A stretch of 63,760 bases of DNA, the filler included, from Phoronis australis (taxonomy: Eukaryota > Animalia > Phoronida), in NCBI GenBank assembly GCA_002633005.1. It is 6 parts of 6 records of this genome, joined end to end, with 100 filler letters (N's around TTAATTAATTAA, not from the genome) between each part and the next. Parts side by side here need not be neighbours in the genome. Positions count along the whole stretch, not along the records: positions 1 to 4,401 come from NMRA01000195.1; positions 4,502 to 31,219 come from NMRA01000336.1; 4 more parts are not named here. One strand, 5' to 3'. This document shows, piece by piece, positions 1 through 13,104 of this stretch. The stretch's first letter is position 1. Every line of letters starts with the position of its first letter. Both the position numbers and the translations under genes were made by a program. Under the pieces are notes generated by a model that worked only from the letters and a program-made list of their open reading frames with translations, searched no databases and was not told the DNA's origin.

Positions 1-360
1 GCATCTTCTTCTGCCTCAGCAACTGACAAACTTTGCTTCTGGCCACCATCCACTCTGCAATAGGCCACCACTTATTTCTGTCCTGGCCACTGCCAAATTT
101 CGCCCAGGTCGCCACTTATCTAACCAATCCTCAGCCACTGTCACTCATCTAATTTTCACTCAGCCACTACAGATTTCGGCCTGCTGATGCTTAGCCTACC
201 CATTTGGTACAACTTGCATCTCACTCTCCTTTCGGCCATGAACTCTAATAACCAAAGACTAAGGCCCAGGCCACTATTCATTTGGCCCTCAGCAGTCAGC
301 CATTCAGCCCCTGGCCAACATCCATACTGACTTGAACTCTTCCCATCTGCCACTCATTCT
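1..360. repeat. Degenerate short-period (~21-30 bp) repeat tract built on a GGCCAC/AGCCAC core
   Basis: Recurring ggccacc/ggccact/agccact motifs followed by pyrimidine-rich spacers through the first 360 nt; highly diverged. Confidence 0.4.
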
Positions 361-929
361 CTTTCAGTTGCCACCCACTTGTTTGGATTCATCCAATCAC
401 TCATGATGTCTACACTTATATCTGTTTCAAACAGATCACTAGTTGATAAAATGATACCGATACCTAAGAATGGGCACATCTTGTGATTCTTCATAACAAA
501 ATATTCAAACTAATAACTAAACTTCAACTTTAGTGTTCTCCACTCTCAAGCACAACTGCAGACACCTGACAACGTGTGTACATCCACTTATAGCTTTCCT
601 GCACATTTGGTTAAAAAAAAAACTTTCATAAATGTTTCCTATAAGATAATACAACTTGAGCTGAGCTGTAGACATTGTCCACTTTATCGTTGCAAGTTTT
701 TTGTAAATCCTGTCATTGATCGATCCGAGTGAAACAAATCAACAATCTGTAACTGCTAGAAACCAGCTGCCGAACGTCATTAACCAAGTCATAAATCTCG
801 CCAGCTAAACATGACAGAAATCACTAATTCTGAGAGCTTTGTTTATCTTTGACTGGTTGTAATGCTAAAAAAGCTAGGCTAAACGTTGAGCTCATTTACC
901 ACTTCATTCAGTAAATCTACGACATAACA

Positions 930-2500
930 TCTTCAGCAGAAACAGCATCGTCATCATCAACATTTTCAGGAGAGCCTAAACGCATTGCTGCAGACAACCG
1001 TGAAAATGCAACAATCTGCGATACACTTAACCAATCATCACTGGTAAACGCTTTCCCAGTGGAGTCCCGTAACGTTTTCATTATTTCGGCGACTTCCGAG
1101 GGTGAACGCTTTTTACCCGACTTGTCTCCTTCATCGAATATGTTTGTCTGAAAGTTCTTAACCTTTATTGAAAATCTTGTTGACCTTTTACCTTAGTTTT
1201 TTTCAGTGCCCACCCCATTGCTTCAGCATTCGTCGCATCCACACTGTACTCTGATGCTCCCTTAAATAGTGCTCCGTTTCTTGCATCTGAAAGTATTTCT
1301 GGCCACTGTCGTGCGATGTGGTTGTACGTGGTTTCCCTCTGTAAATACTTGAAGTAGTTACCCACATCCAAATGATGACCTAGTTCTGCGCCTGTAGCAA
1401 AGAATTTCGAGCAAACTTGGTGGTTGCATGGAAGCCTTTGTTAAGGCTCTTAAAACTATGCCAACCTTAACAGTTGGTGTTGAAAATTCGCCATGTCTAG
1501 AGACGCTAGTGGATTACAGAGACATGGGTTTTCCCATTTTCTTGGATGGAATAGTGGAAATTTGTGAATGTGCTTATACCAGGACCTGAGTATTTCGGAA
1601 AAGACTGGTGCATTTGCTGAACATGCAGACGCGTAAAAATCCCTTCACACCGCCACTGGAATCTTATGCTTCTTTCAAATTCAGAAAGTTTCTGATATTG
1701 TAGCCTTCGGCTACAGAGTACTTCGCATGTTGTCTGAGTGGAGCAATCTTGCGATTACAGAGATCCTTTTCATTTTGACTTTCACTAAAGTCTTATCTCG
1801 AAACAGAAATGCCGGTGACAAGGCTGCTGCTTTAAGGAGGAGATCAGCAAAGTGTTAACACCCAGCATTATCTGAGCGTAGAAAGGCCTCGGCGTTCTCA
1901 ACTTCAGCTTTCTTCACAAAACATCTAGTATGATGCAGCAAACTGTGCTGTTCTTGTTTCCATGTATCAAGAGTGTGCACATTGGTACGTACCTATGACA
2001 TGAACAAAAAAACTTGTTTAGGTTAAGACACCATGCTACATATAACTGCAAGTTAAGAAAAATAATAAATGCACACGAAAACTGTAAAGTGTCAAATTAT
2101 GCAGTGGCCTCTGCTAGCGAAGTCAGGATTCTGACTGTGCATGTCCTTTCTTTAGTAGTCCTTGGGAAGAGCCAAAATAAATTTCAGCAGCTTTTACTAC
2201 TGCTCTGCCACTTAGTAGCAACCGAGCTCTCTTTTCGCCAAAGTGCAAGTTAAGAAAAATAATAAATGCACACGAAAACTGTAAAGTTCTCATATGAAAT
2301 CTTTAACATTAATAGTTACAAGTGGTTCTTCTTCAGTGAAAGCAAGCTCACCGGCACACTTGCTCTCAAGCCAGCGGGCAACATACGCTGCACGGCTTTC
2401 TTCGTTAACTGGGAGTGTAACTTCCACCACACATTTTTCGATAGAGGCTGCATCCTCTAGAACAACGTCAAGCCCCAAACATGTATGCTGCTTTGGCTCT
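930..2500 (-). pseudogene. Decayed DDE DNA-transposon transposase, Sola3-like
   Basis: Minus-strand translation gives EAFLRSDNAGC*HF (~1850-1890), SESQNEKDLCNRKIAPLRQHAKYSVAEGYNI (~1690-1785), AMGWALKK (ORF 1165-1371), SGKKRSPSEVAEIMKTLRDSTGKAFTSDDWLSVSQI and upstream CLGLDVV. Stops and frameshifts are present. Superfamily assigned from motif recall. Confidence 0.6.
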
Positions 2501-2715
2501 ATAAATATTAATGTGATATGGCTGTAGTTGACATCGAGCTATGGATAGGACACTTTAGTTTCCCACCTAGAAGTTGACTATATTGTATATTTATACAAGT
2601 GTGGGTGTTAAAACTGGTAGCCAATGTAAAGTTTCGGAGATCGAGATCAGTGAACAGAAGATGTAAAAATGAAATCATAGTCTACATCACACTGCAGTTT
2701 TTTGGCAACGTCATA

Positions 2716-3658
2716 CAAAAGCAGGAGTAACGCAAAGCGCTGATGTGTACCCACGACTGCCCTTCTGACAGTTTGCTTCTAGGGGTGTTCATAATATGTA
2801 ATATATAAAATAAAAAACACTAGCTGGTACAGCATACATTATATTCATCTGAAACAAAGCAACCGCTTTCATATTCTATAGAACTGTTTGCCAAATTCCA
2901 TCCATCAGGAAACTTGGTAGATACAGAATCAATAGAGGACCCCACAGCACCCAGTCACGTCCTAAAATTTATGGCGGGCGTACTCCTCAATAATGTAACA
3001 CAATCACCAAAGTAAACCCAGATTCATCAAAAAAAAAACTTGAAAATATGGCGGCATAGGAAAAGAAACAAATTAGCACTTCCGGCGCCACAGTAATTGC
3101 ACCCATCAGAAAACCTGTCAGTCATGATCATCTCGATAGGAACGCATGAGCAAAATTTCGTAACTATCCTCCTAGTACTTTAAAGGACAGAGAGGCTGTT
3201 GCCAGAACTAATAACCTTCAGTGGCACGGGATACTTTAAATCAAACCGAAAATGTAAATTTTCCCTCGTTTTCTCAACAGAAACAAAAACAAATTTACCG
3301 TAGTGCTCATAAATACACCAAGAAACTTCGGTTGGGGCACCATAGGAGATGTTCCATTCTACAATCAAAGTCAGCCGTGCTCATCTAAATGGCAACATCT
3401 CTGTACAGCTTACGTAAGGAAGTGGAAAGGTGTGGTCATCTCCATAATTGAAACATACTGCGAAATTTCATGAAAATCAGTCAAGGAACTTGCCAGATAT
3501 AGAGTCTAAAATAAAGAAGTGAAGTTGCCACTAGGGCCCAAGTGGTAGTCAAATACATCCACAATTTCTCTTGTGTCATCCCATCTGTAAAATCTGACAT
3601 TCACTAAGGGTTTGGAGATGCAACAGCGAATGTCAGACAAAAAGATGGGGATGACAGC
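2716..3658 (-). mobile_element. Old diverged copy of the Helentron-type non-autonomous element (HINE family of 6261-8646)
   Basis: Reverse complement of 2716-2790 (acccctagaagc...gcagtcgtgggtacacatcagcgctttgcgttactcctg) matches the 3' end of the family. Internal ggcgccacagtaat and gttgccactaggg match core subunits; catctccaaaccctt matches the 5' region. Confidence 0.6.
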
Positions 3659-4401
3659 TGTCACGTTTTCTCCCGTGTGTGGGTGGGTGCTGGTTGTTAC
3701 ACGCCGGTGCTAATAGCTTTCGGTGCGACGATTGACTGAAGACTGGTTCGAGTTAATCCTTTATTAATCCCGACCGTACGTTCACAAGCCTACTCAAACA
3801 AAACGTCCAACGTAATGTCTGTTTATGCTCCAGCCAGTGCTGCGAAGCCTTGACTTGTGATGAACTTCTGAGACACGTTCAGCAACTGTTTCACTCGTCG
3901 ATTCAATAACCTGCTGTCTCTATAGCTGGCTCTCTATTGACTATCGCTGTAACTGCTGATTCTCTTCACTGCAACTCAACTGTAATTCCCCTGATTAACT
4001 TTCTTGAACTGCTGGTTATCTGACTAACACAAACCCGTGCTTGTGTATTTATAGCCCAATGTATTGTTCTGGAACTTTACATCAATTCAAGCACATTGTG
4101 AGTGTTTGGCAAGTCAAGAGGAGTTACATCTTTTAAAAGTGCTTTATTGAGAGACGTGAAACGTTTCTCATTGACATTTTCACAGTTCTTCTCTGTTTCA
4201 GTTCTAAAAATAAAAAACAAAATGCATAGCAAACCTCACAGATACAGACAAAATGCAAATTCGGCAATACCAAATACGAAAGTACCATGAAAAATACCTC
4301 AATACTGCCGCTCCCTGGCTCTCCGCACTGACGCCAAATATGCACTGCCACAATGTAAGTAAATCGAGTCAGCGCACAACACTTATACTGAAATGAGGGT
4401 C
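3659..4401 (-). mobile_element. Probable LTR (solo or partial) of an LTR retrotransposon
   Basis: Starts TGTCACG exactly where the HINE homology stops. Minus strand has a TATA-like ggctataaata (~4050) and AATAAA (~3760). The second end and a TSD are not visible before the gap. Confidence 0.35.
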
Positions 4402-4501
4402 NNNNNNNNNNNNNNNNNNNNNNNNNNNNNNNNNNNNNNNNNNNNTTAATTAATTAANNNNNNNNNNNNNNNNNNNNNNNNNNNNNNNNNNNNNNNNNNN
4501 N
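4402..4501. other. Assembly gap with artificial TTAATTAATTAA spacer (same at 31220-31319, 34412-34511, 45786-45885, 61893-61992)
   Basis: Identical 100-nt N-TTAATTAATTAA-N blocks occur five times; the 12-mer has stops in all six frames. Confidence 0.95.
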
Positions 4502-5679
4502 TGACCAGCGACTAGCATTAGTTCGTCGAATTGCGCATGCATGGATCGGACTTTCCGGCGACTCGCACGCCACGACACCTGCCACCCGTGGCGGAAGCAG
4601 CTAATTTCTTGACTAACACCTGCTTCTAATTCTGAATTTAAGCAAAATGACAAAGTCCACGCTTACACATATGCAAGCGTATCCAAATACAATTAAATGT
4701 ATTTTCATGTGAAACTTGTGAGACTTGTGTGAGTTCTTAATTTTCTTAGATCTGCCCAATCAGGTAGAACTGCGTTTCAAGTCATTCGCTATAGGCACCG
4801 GAGGGTTCAAATTGGAAGTTTGCGTCGTATGACGTCATATGACGTAGGAGATGCGAGCCCCATTTGCATATATAAGTGACATCTGTTGGTTCAAAAAAGA
4901 GGCTCATGCCTGAGTACATGCCTGGGAAGAGGCATCTTTTGGAAGGGTAAAGCATGTCACGTTCAAAGCATCCCAGTGCCAGTAATATGCAGTCTTTGAG
5001 GACCAAAGTGGTGTTATTTTATAGCTAAAGAGTTAATCTTTCAAAACTAATGCTTGGATTCCATATAACTTGAACATTTACTTTTAAAATCACGTTTGAA
5101 ATCGCGTTAAAATGCCTAAAACAGTTGTCCCTTCCTGGTTATCTCTTCCTGCTAGAATGTTATATTCTGACATTGTGTAGCCACAAAAATAGCACACAAC
5201 ACTTGAAACTGGGCAAAATTTGTGCCTCAATGACTGAACCATTGACTAATGGTGTAAACTGTAGCTTGTTTGCATAATATACCAGAAATATGTTATACAA
5301 AACAATATAGTTGAATGATCTCTGAATGTGCACACAGACTACAAAAATGATAGGTCATTCTGACAGCGTTTATCAAGCAGTATGAAACAAATACATGACA
5401 ATGATCAAAGTATGTAGTTTCTATGACTAAATCAACAAATAAAATTCACAGCTGACACTTTTTTAATAGAAAAATAAAACAAAATAAATCGGTTGAAGAA
5501 GTTGGCGGTCTGTTTAGGATTTACTTGTCAAAGAACTATCCAATGTTAGGCAGTCAGTGTTGCTGATGTTACTACAAAGAGTTATTTAGTTGTGCAAGTT
5601 AAAAAAGAATCATCAAAATTGGACAATGTTTGAGAAATTAATGCATAGCCATGTTTTTGTCTATGAATTTCATGCATTT

Positions 5680-8600
5680 TTAGCGTTACGAGTGGCCACT
5701 TTAAAATTACAATTGTCAACAGTAAAAAAGAAATTTATTTTATCAAGTAAGCAATTGCTTAGATATGACTGGGAATAACTTGAGTCACTTTTAGAATCAC
5801 TTAACCAAAAGTTTGGATATTGACTGGGTTCTGCTATGTTGAAAATGGGCCAAAAAGGCTAACAAAATGTAGTGTACGTACCCCCATGTGGAATTCAGTA
5901 ACACAAATGGTCATTGCTAATGAAATTATTGCCTTTTAAATAATAACATGGTGCTTATTATCATCAAAGAAAAATAAATGGCCATACAACATTATGTTAC
6001 CTTGTGATGCAGAAACAGTGATGTAGTGTACGTACCCCATGTTTACAAATGTCATGAAGTTAAAATATCACTTGGTAAGTGAGCAACACTGGTCGTAGAC
6101 AGTTTACTTCCTCAAAAATGTTAGGTTTAAAGAGTGTTTATTACAATTACATTTGTTTTGAGTAAAATATTAGCATTTGTGTAGTGTACATACCCCTATA
6201 TTTTAATTTGTGCCTATATTCAAAGTACGGCAGATATGCACATGAATGCAGTGCTTTTTATTTTTTATGCACCCACATATTTATATGTGGATGCATTATG
6301 CCATCATCTCCGTCCGTCCGTCCGGGCGGCGTCCGGCGTCCGCTGCTTTATCTCCAAAACCCTTTGACATACGTTCATGAAATTTGGCACATATGTTTCA
6401 TTCTTAAATGGGACGGCATGTGCGAACTTTCGTACGGATCCGACTACCAGTGTGCCCCCTAGTGGCAATTTTAGTTTTTTACGCTTACCTTTGTATCTTC
6501 AAAAGTCCTGAACGGATTTTCATGAAATGTGATATGTAGGCATCTGTTAGTGAGATGACGCTATCCTCCAGTTTTCAGATTGATTCGCCATAGTTTGCGC
6601 CACCTAGTGGCCATTGTTAGTGTTTTCGAGTCTGTTTTTGTGCGTCCACCCCTCTATCAACCAAACCGCTCAAAGGATGATTGTGAAAATTGGAATGTAT
6701 ATGTTTACTATGTAGAGGACGGTTGGCGATGATTTTCCGACGATTTCGACTACTGTGGCGCCTCCTAGTGGCAGTTTTTGTTTTTTTGCGCCTATGGCTG
6801 TATCTCCTAAACCTTTCGCAGCATCTTTACGAAATTGTGTAAGTATATCTATATGATGTTAACAACAGAAGATGACGGCTTTTGGACGGATCCGTCTACC
6901 AGTGTGCACCCTAGTGGCAATTTTAGTTTTTTACGCTTACCTTTGTATCTTCAAAAGTCCTGAACGGATTTTCATGAAATTTGGTATGTAGGCACCTATT
7001 AGTGAGTTGACGCTATCCTCCTGTTTCCAGATGGATGCGACATAGTTTGCGCCACCTAATGGCCATTTTTACTGTTTTCGAGTCTGTATTTTTGCGTCCA
7101 CCTTTCTATCAACCGCTCAAAGGATGATTGTGAAAATTGGCATGTATGTGCTTACTATAAAGAGGACAGCTGACAATGATTTTCAGACAATTTGGACTAC
7201 TGTGGCGCCTGCTAGTGGCAGTTTTGTTTTTTTTTGCGCCTATGGCTGTATCTCCTAAACCGTTCACAGGATCTTTACGAAATTGTGTAAGTATATCTAT
7301 ATGATGTTAACAACAGAAGATGACGGCTTTTGGACGGATCCGTCTACCAGTGTGCACCCTAGTGGCAATTTTAGTTTTTTACGCTTACCTTTGTATCTTC
7401 AAAAGTCCTGAACGGATTTTCATGAAATTTGGTATGTAAGCACCTATTAGTGAGTTGACGCTATCCTCCCGTTTTCAGATGGATGCGACAGTTTGCGCCA
7501 CCTAATGGCCATTTTTACTGTTTTCGAGTCTGTATTTTTGCGTCCACCCCTCTATCAACCGCTCAAAGGATGATTGTGAAAATTGGCATGTATGTGCTTA
7601 CTATAAAGAGGACAGCTGACAATGATTTTCAGACGATTTGGACTACTGTGGCGCCTCCTAGTGGCAGTTTTGTTTTTTTTTTGCGCCTATGACTGTATCT
7701 CCTAAACCGTTCGCAGGATCTTTACGAGAGTTAATTAGTGTATTTATATGATGCTAACAACAGACAATGACGACTTTTGGACGGACCCGCCTACCAGTGT
7801 GCCCCCTAGTGGCAATTTTATTTTTTTACGTTTACCTCTGTATCTTCACAAGTCCTTAACGGATTTTCATGAAATTTGGTATGTAGGCACCTATCAGTGC
7901 GATGACGCTATCCTCCCGTTTTCGGATGGATTCGACCTAGTTTGCGACGCCCAGCGGCCATTTTGACTGTTTTTGAGTCTGTTTTTTGGCGTCCACCCCT
8001 CTATCAACCAAACCACTCTAAGTATGATTATGAAAATTGGCATGTATGTTCTTACTATGAAGAGGACGGTTGACGCTGAATTTCCCATGAGTTTGATTAC
8101 TGTGGCGCCTCCTAGTGGCAGTTTTTTTTGCGCCCATGGCTGTATCTCCCAAACCGTTTGTAGGATCTTTACTAAATTTAGCACTTTGTTGACAAGGGAC
8201 GATGACGACTTTAAGATGATTTTGACTACCGGTATGCCTCTAGTGGCAATTTTAGTATTTTACATTGATCTCTGTATTTTCATAGGTCTTCATGCGGAAA
8301 CTTTGTGTTACTTCGTGACTATGAAGGAAAAGTTCCAAGTAGAAATTTGTTTCTGGCATTCTAATGATGTGCTAATTTTGTATGTTGGTAAATTTGTTTT
8401 TAATTCTATGTTTCTGTGGTGCTTTAAGCAACTGATGTATAGGATGTGCTTGTATTATGAAGATCACTCACATTTTGCCCCTAGCCTATTGAGGAGACAA
8501 TGACCATGCCTTTCCATTTTGCAAAGTACAACGTACTACATATATGCCCTCTACTGGCCACTTTATGGTACCAATAAACAACCCTAGAAGGATACCCTAT

Positions 8601-9172
8601 ACGGTGCAATTGTGGGCGCATTTCAACGCTCTGCGTTGCTCTTGTTTAATGTTTACAAGTGGAACACTGGGCCTGGCGTTGCATTAACAATTTTAACCAA
8701 CTGGTGAATGTATTGAAAACTAGGCAAATAGCACAAATAGCATAGTTTTTGAAAAAAAGTAGTTACTTTTCACTTTTTTTTGTAAGAATCATTTTGCAAG
8801 AGAAGAAGTTCTCATTATAGTGTGTTAAGATATGCAATGTATCATCATCTAGAACAACTTGATCGGCACGGTAATAACTTTTCTTACTTTATGTATGTGA
8901 TACTTCTTCAATTTGGTCAAGAACTTGTTAAATTAACAGCTATCTAAAGAATTTTTGCATGGTAGAAGTTGGCTGTGACCACAAGTTGTAGTGTACGTAC
9001 CCTTATGTACAACTGTGATGCATTAGGCCATAAAATTTTATTCGGTGGTTCTAGTGCACAAATATTTTAGATTACATACCTGGAATGATGGTACTTTAAA
9101 ATAACCCAGCTTTTACAGTTAAATGATAACCTTCATTTTTCACCAAAAGTGGCCACCGAACTAATGGACCTT
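5680..9172. mobile_element. Possible old non-autonomous DNA transposon hosting HINE copy 1
   Basis: Inverted subterminal motif GTGGCCACTTT (5692-5702) / AAAGTGGCCAC (9146-9156). The internal motif GTAGTGTACGTACCC recurs at ~5870, ~6023, ~6181 and ~8988, on both sides of the HINE. Confidence 0.35.
6261..8646 (+). mobile_element. Helentron-associated non-autonomous element (HINE; DINE-1/pearl-like), copy 1, with 4 internal ~450-bp tandem units
   Basis: 5' T-run; subterminal IR ATGCACCCACA (6267-6277) vs TGTGGGCGCAT (8611-8621); 5' hairpin ccacatatttatatgtgg; (GTCC)n microsatellite; tandem units (CTAGTGGCAATTTT at 6459, 6911, 7359, 7806, 8240); 3' stem-loop CAACGC-tct-GCGTTG then CTCTTGTT; no TSD, inserted in T-rich site. 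Confidence 0.85.
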
Positions 9173-9899
9173 GATTGGGATTTTCCCGACTGTCAATAGA
9201 GCTCTGGGCATTGCCATCCATTTTAACTGCAAAGTTCTACCGTCAAGGAGCCAACTTATGGCCGATTAGAGAAGGTACAGACCTGCACACAGGTGTTTGG
9301 CCTACGTGCAATGAAGGGTCAAACACTGAGTCCTTGTTTGGAGGCAGGCAGGATTTGGGCACATTTTTGATTCAAAACATGTTATATTGGGCTGTGTTAA
9401 TTAGTGTGTCAGCTAGTGAATTATAGAACACCAGCCTCAATTCACTTCCGACATCTTAGTTGGGCGCAGTGAGTAACTTTAACAGTCATTTCTTAAAATT
9501 GCCTGCCCAAATAACTTTATGCTCACCAGCTTTCTGAAGAATATCTTCAAAATCTTGCTTTAGTTTTGAAAGACAAATGACATCTCCATGTGTTAGATGA
9601 TTCAATGAACACCAAACAAAACTGCAGAAAAAACATCTCTGACAACTACGGGTTCTTCACACTTCACAGTCTTTGTGTTTCTATTTTTTATAGCATGATG
9701 ATGTCTGGTACTTGGCTTCGTAAGCCACAAGGTCTTTTATCTTTGAATTTCATTTGCATATTCAGGTTTCCGGACTGAGCTGTTGCTTGCGATACAAGTT
9801 CAGTTGAAAACTAGAAAGATTATTGTCATGGTGTGACAATAATGGACTCTGGCTGTGCGTATTGGTGGAATTGTTATGGGAAGTTACTGACAGCAACCC

Positions 9900-10530
9900 G
9901 TTTACCATTATGAAAAGGAATTCTTTAAAACTGTAGGAGAAATATGTTATTTTGAAGTTTCTAGCTCAAAATTTTAGCTTGTACTCAATGACCTTTTTCT
10001 GATTGGATGAGCCTATTGCTTAGTAAAGTAGGGTGCTTGATTGGAATGTTGGTTTACACCAGTGTGTACTAAAATTATAAAGAATTCCTTGAAAATTGTA
10101 GGAGATATAAGATTTTGAATGTTAGATGACCTTTGCATTAATTGACCCTATCTGGTGCATTGTAAACGGCTTTAGGAGAATTATTGCAAAGGCCATGAAA
10201 AGTGTGTTTAATGCTGGGATTCACAGTTGTCTAACAGTTGACACATCAGAATACTTGCTGAAAGAAAAGGACAAATTTTCACACGAAATATGCACCTAAT
10301 GACCCCATGGTTGCACTTAATGACCTGAAACTTTGTATTTCGAATTGAATTAGACGTACCAATCAGGTCTGTGAATTTGAAGTGTCTAGTTAAAATTTCA
10401 GTTTGCACCTAATGACCTTTGACCTGTTTTATCTGATTGGATGATTCGATTGTTGACTTATACCTGTGCACCGAATTTGAAAAAGATAGCTTTAAAACTG
10501 AAGAAGGAGTAGCATTTTGAAAATTACATA
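9900..10530. repeat. Degenerate satellite-like repeat remnant
   Basis: Related motifs gaattctttaaaactgtaggaga (~9918), gaattccttgaaaattgtaggaga (~10082) and gatagctttaaaactgaagaagga (~10484), plus recurrent tgacct(tt) motifs. Confidence 0.4.
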
Positions 10531-11719
10531 CTGTGCAGGTGCTCAGAGATTTTGGTTGGGGGTAATTATCTTGTTTATCAATTCTTACATCTACTTCTAT
10601 TCAGAATGTGAATAGTCACAACACAAAAGATCTCCCCCAAGCTATTGTGAGTGTATTTACAATATACCCTACAACTATGCAGTTTTACTTGAGGTTTGCA
10701 CTCTCAACCTGAATGGACTATTTTCATTGACTTTTTATACTGGGGAGCTGAAGTTGTGCGAGAATTTAGCCAAATATAAACAGAAATATAGAATTTAACT
10801 GGATAAATGCATACATTTTCTGAAAGTAGAAATTCTGCTCAATATGAGTTTGAGCTTTATCTCAAATCTCTCATTAACTGTGACCATGTTTCAGGCAGAA
10901 CTAAGAGAAAATTAGCATTTGAAGATGAAATCTCAAGAAATGTCCATAACATTTTGTTTTCGCCTTATGCGGCTTTTTCACAATTAAAACCGAACCACGT
11001 GCAAAAGTGGGCCGTTAAAAATACAAATAACATTTTGAAGAACAATGGCAATGAGTTAATTAGTACGGTGTTTTCTGTAACAGTTCGAGTCTGAAAAATC
11101 TACGACGTTGTCAACTGACGACCCAGGAGTGAAAATTGGATCTAGTGGGGGTTGGGGTTATGAAGAGATGAATAAAAAGATAGCTAACAGCTGGCTGTGG
11201 GCATGGAACATTGGGCCTGGGGACTATCGAGCCATGGAAACATCGGGATAGAACACCGTAGTTCTGAGGAACAATGGGCTAGAGGAATCGTAAAGCACCG
11301 GCAGCTTAAACGTGCAGAGTCGAGCCGGTATACTCTTTTTGTTGCAACTGTACTGTTTTCTTTTGATGTGGGGCTTTGGAGTGGTGCGCGCATAAGTTCC
11401 CACACTTGAATCGCAGGAATGCATGTTACATTGGCAGCAACATATATGAGTGACGGGCGACTCATACTTACGCGCGAGCTCAGTTCCAGAAAGAAGGGTT
11501 TGAGAATTTGTCTGCTGTCTTGCCATAAAATACAACACGCACTTCCAAGTCGCTATCGTCTGCCGGGACATTGTGGTAAACAGCGGGACCGACCTGAGTG
11601 CCGTAGTGCGATATTATCGGGGATATTGTGATAGAATAATCAGGACATCTTAATGGAACATAAATGTTGTTTTCCGTCAAAAGGTTGGTAAGTTGATCGT
11701 TAAAGAATGAAACGTCACA

Positions 11720-12045
11720 TAATGCCGTAGTCCGAAATTTTCTTCAGCATATCCAAAAACTTCTAAAAGTATCCGAAAACACTGGTCAACAAAACGCGTC
11801 AAAGATTGTTTCTGAATTATCCCGCGACATGTTTACAACTCATTAAAGAGGGCAGTTCTCTGTTTTTTGTGTTCGCCTTGATTTGGCAACAACCAAATAA
11901 CGGTCGGATTCGCACGATATGTTTGCTGGGCCCAAAACTAGGTTCGTTTACATGGGAAATTCCAGGTCGCATGTTACTATACAAGATGACCAAAGTCTCG
12001 GCTCGTATTTGCAATTAGGTCACAAGTGTGACCTGCAGCTCGTTA
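11720..12045 (-). mobile_element. Fragment of the CAGGGCTCGAC-terminated MITE family (see 24170-25653)
   Basis: Reverse complement contains ataacgagctgcaggtc..tgacct, atccgaccgttatttggttgttgccaaat and atctttgacgcgttt, collinear with 24180-24480. Confidence 0.7.
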
Positions 12046-13104
12046 TAGTAGAAAGAATCCTTATTTAAAAGTCGGTGAGGTTTAACAATGAAACATTAGC
12101 ACAAGTGCTATTATCCGACAATTTTTTTAAGTCTACAAACGCAAACTACAAAAACTTAAAATACAAGCTAAGTGTACAGTAAAGAATATATACAGAACTT
12201 TAAAATAAATATAAATACAAAAGTACATGTTACGGGGTGTGTAGACATTTGTAGCAGTTCTCACAAGAGCAGTTCGTCGAGAAAAAATCAGCACGTGTGG
12301 CAAATTCACTTAGAGGTAGTACATTGAGTTCCATAGCAAATTACCCTTATGGGAGATTGAGTTACACCCGTAAGTCACAGTCTTAAAATGTTTTACAAAC
12401 AGTTTTAACCTCTGATACCATATCTAGACTCTCTGTATGAACCATTTTTTTCCTCAGACTCCAACTGTACGGGTTCACTAGACTCACCCCCAGTCAAAGT
12501 CATTAGTATTTTTTATATAAAATTTTAAGCAAATACTTGTTCTTGAGTAATGCTGTTGCGGTAACTTTTGATTGACGACTGGCTCATGTCCGGTTACCTC
12601 CGATTCTTATCTTCATTACATAGCGTGTTTCACGCAACGGCAATTTAGCGGCGCTGGGTGTTCGAGATTAGAAAGCCGCTCTAGACCTTACTGTACGTCG
12701 ACAACTCTTTGAGTCACGGAGTATCTAACATAAAAATTCCCAAACACAAAAAACACCTGAATTAGTTTTTCAAACATTTATTTTGTCAAACAACTGCCAT
12801 ATTCGCCCAAATAAGCGCCCGTGGTGCTTAGAAAAATTCGCTTCGGGAAGAGGGGGGCGCTTAATATAGCCGTAAGCTGGAATTCATCAAATTTACACAT
12901 CTGTAACCTATGATAGAGTTTCTACAAAATTTGCAGTGCATTGCTATCAAAATTTGTTGTTAAATCACGAGCATTTTTCAGAAAATCCCAATGTGAAAAC
13001 CAGCCGACTGATGCGTCGCTGCCTCGCGATCGCCGATAGGTTAACTTGAATTCATGAGTAAAAATATAGTTTTGACTCAACAAAATACCTGAAGTCCTCC
13101 TTAA

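Noticed and set aside
4446-4457. TTAATTAATTAA motif recurring five times
   Set aside because: It is always centred in 100-nt N gaps, so it is a scaffolding spacer.
4906-4950. ATGCCTGAG start resembling histone H2B after the octamer/TATA cluster
   Set aside because: The frame reads MPEYMPGKRHLLEG* with no histone similarity.
6430-8260. Regularly spaced conserved motifs resembling a CRISPR array
   Set aside because: The spacers are themselves repeated, the period is 150/450 bp, no cas genes are present and the context is eukaryotic.
7973-8503. 176-aa hydrophobic ORF and similar ORFs at 16225-17153
   Set aside because: They lie in the non-coding HINE repeat and the frame is not conserved between copies.
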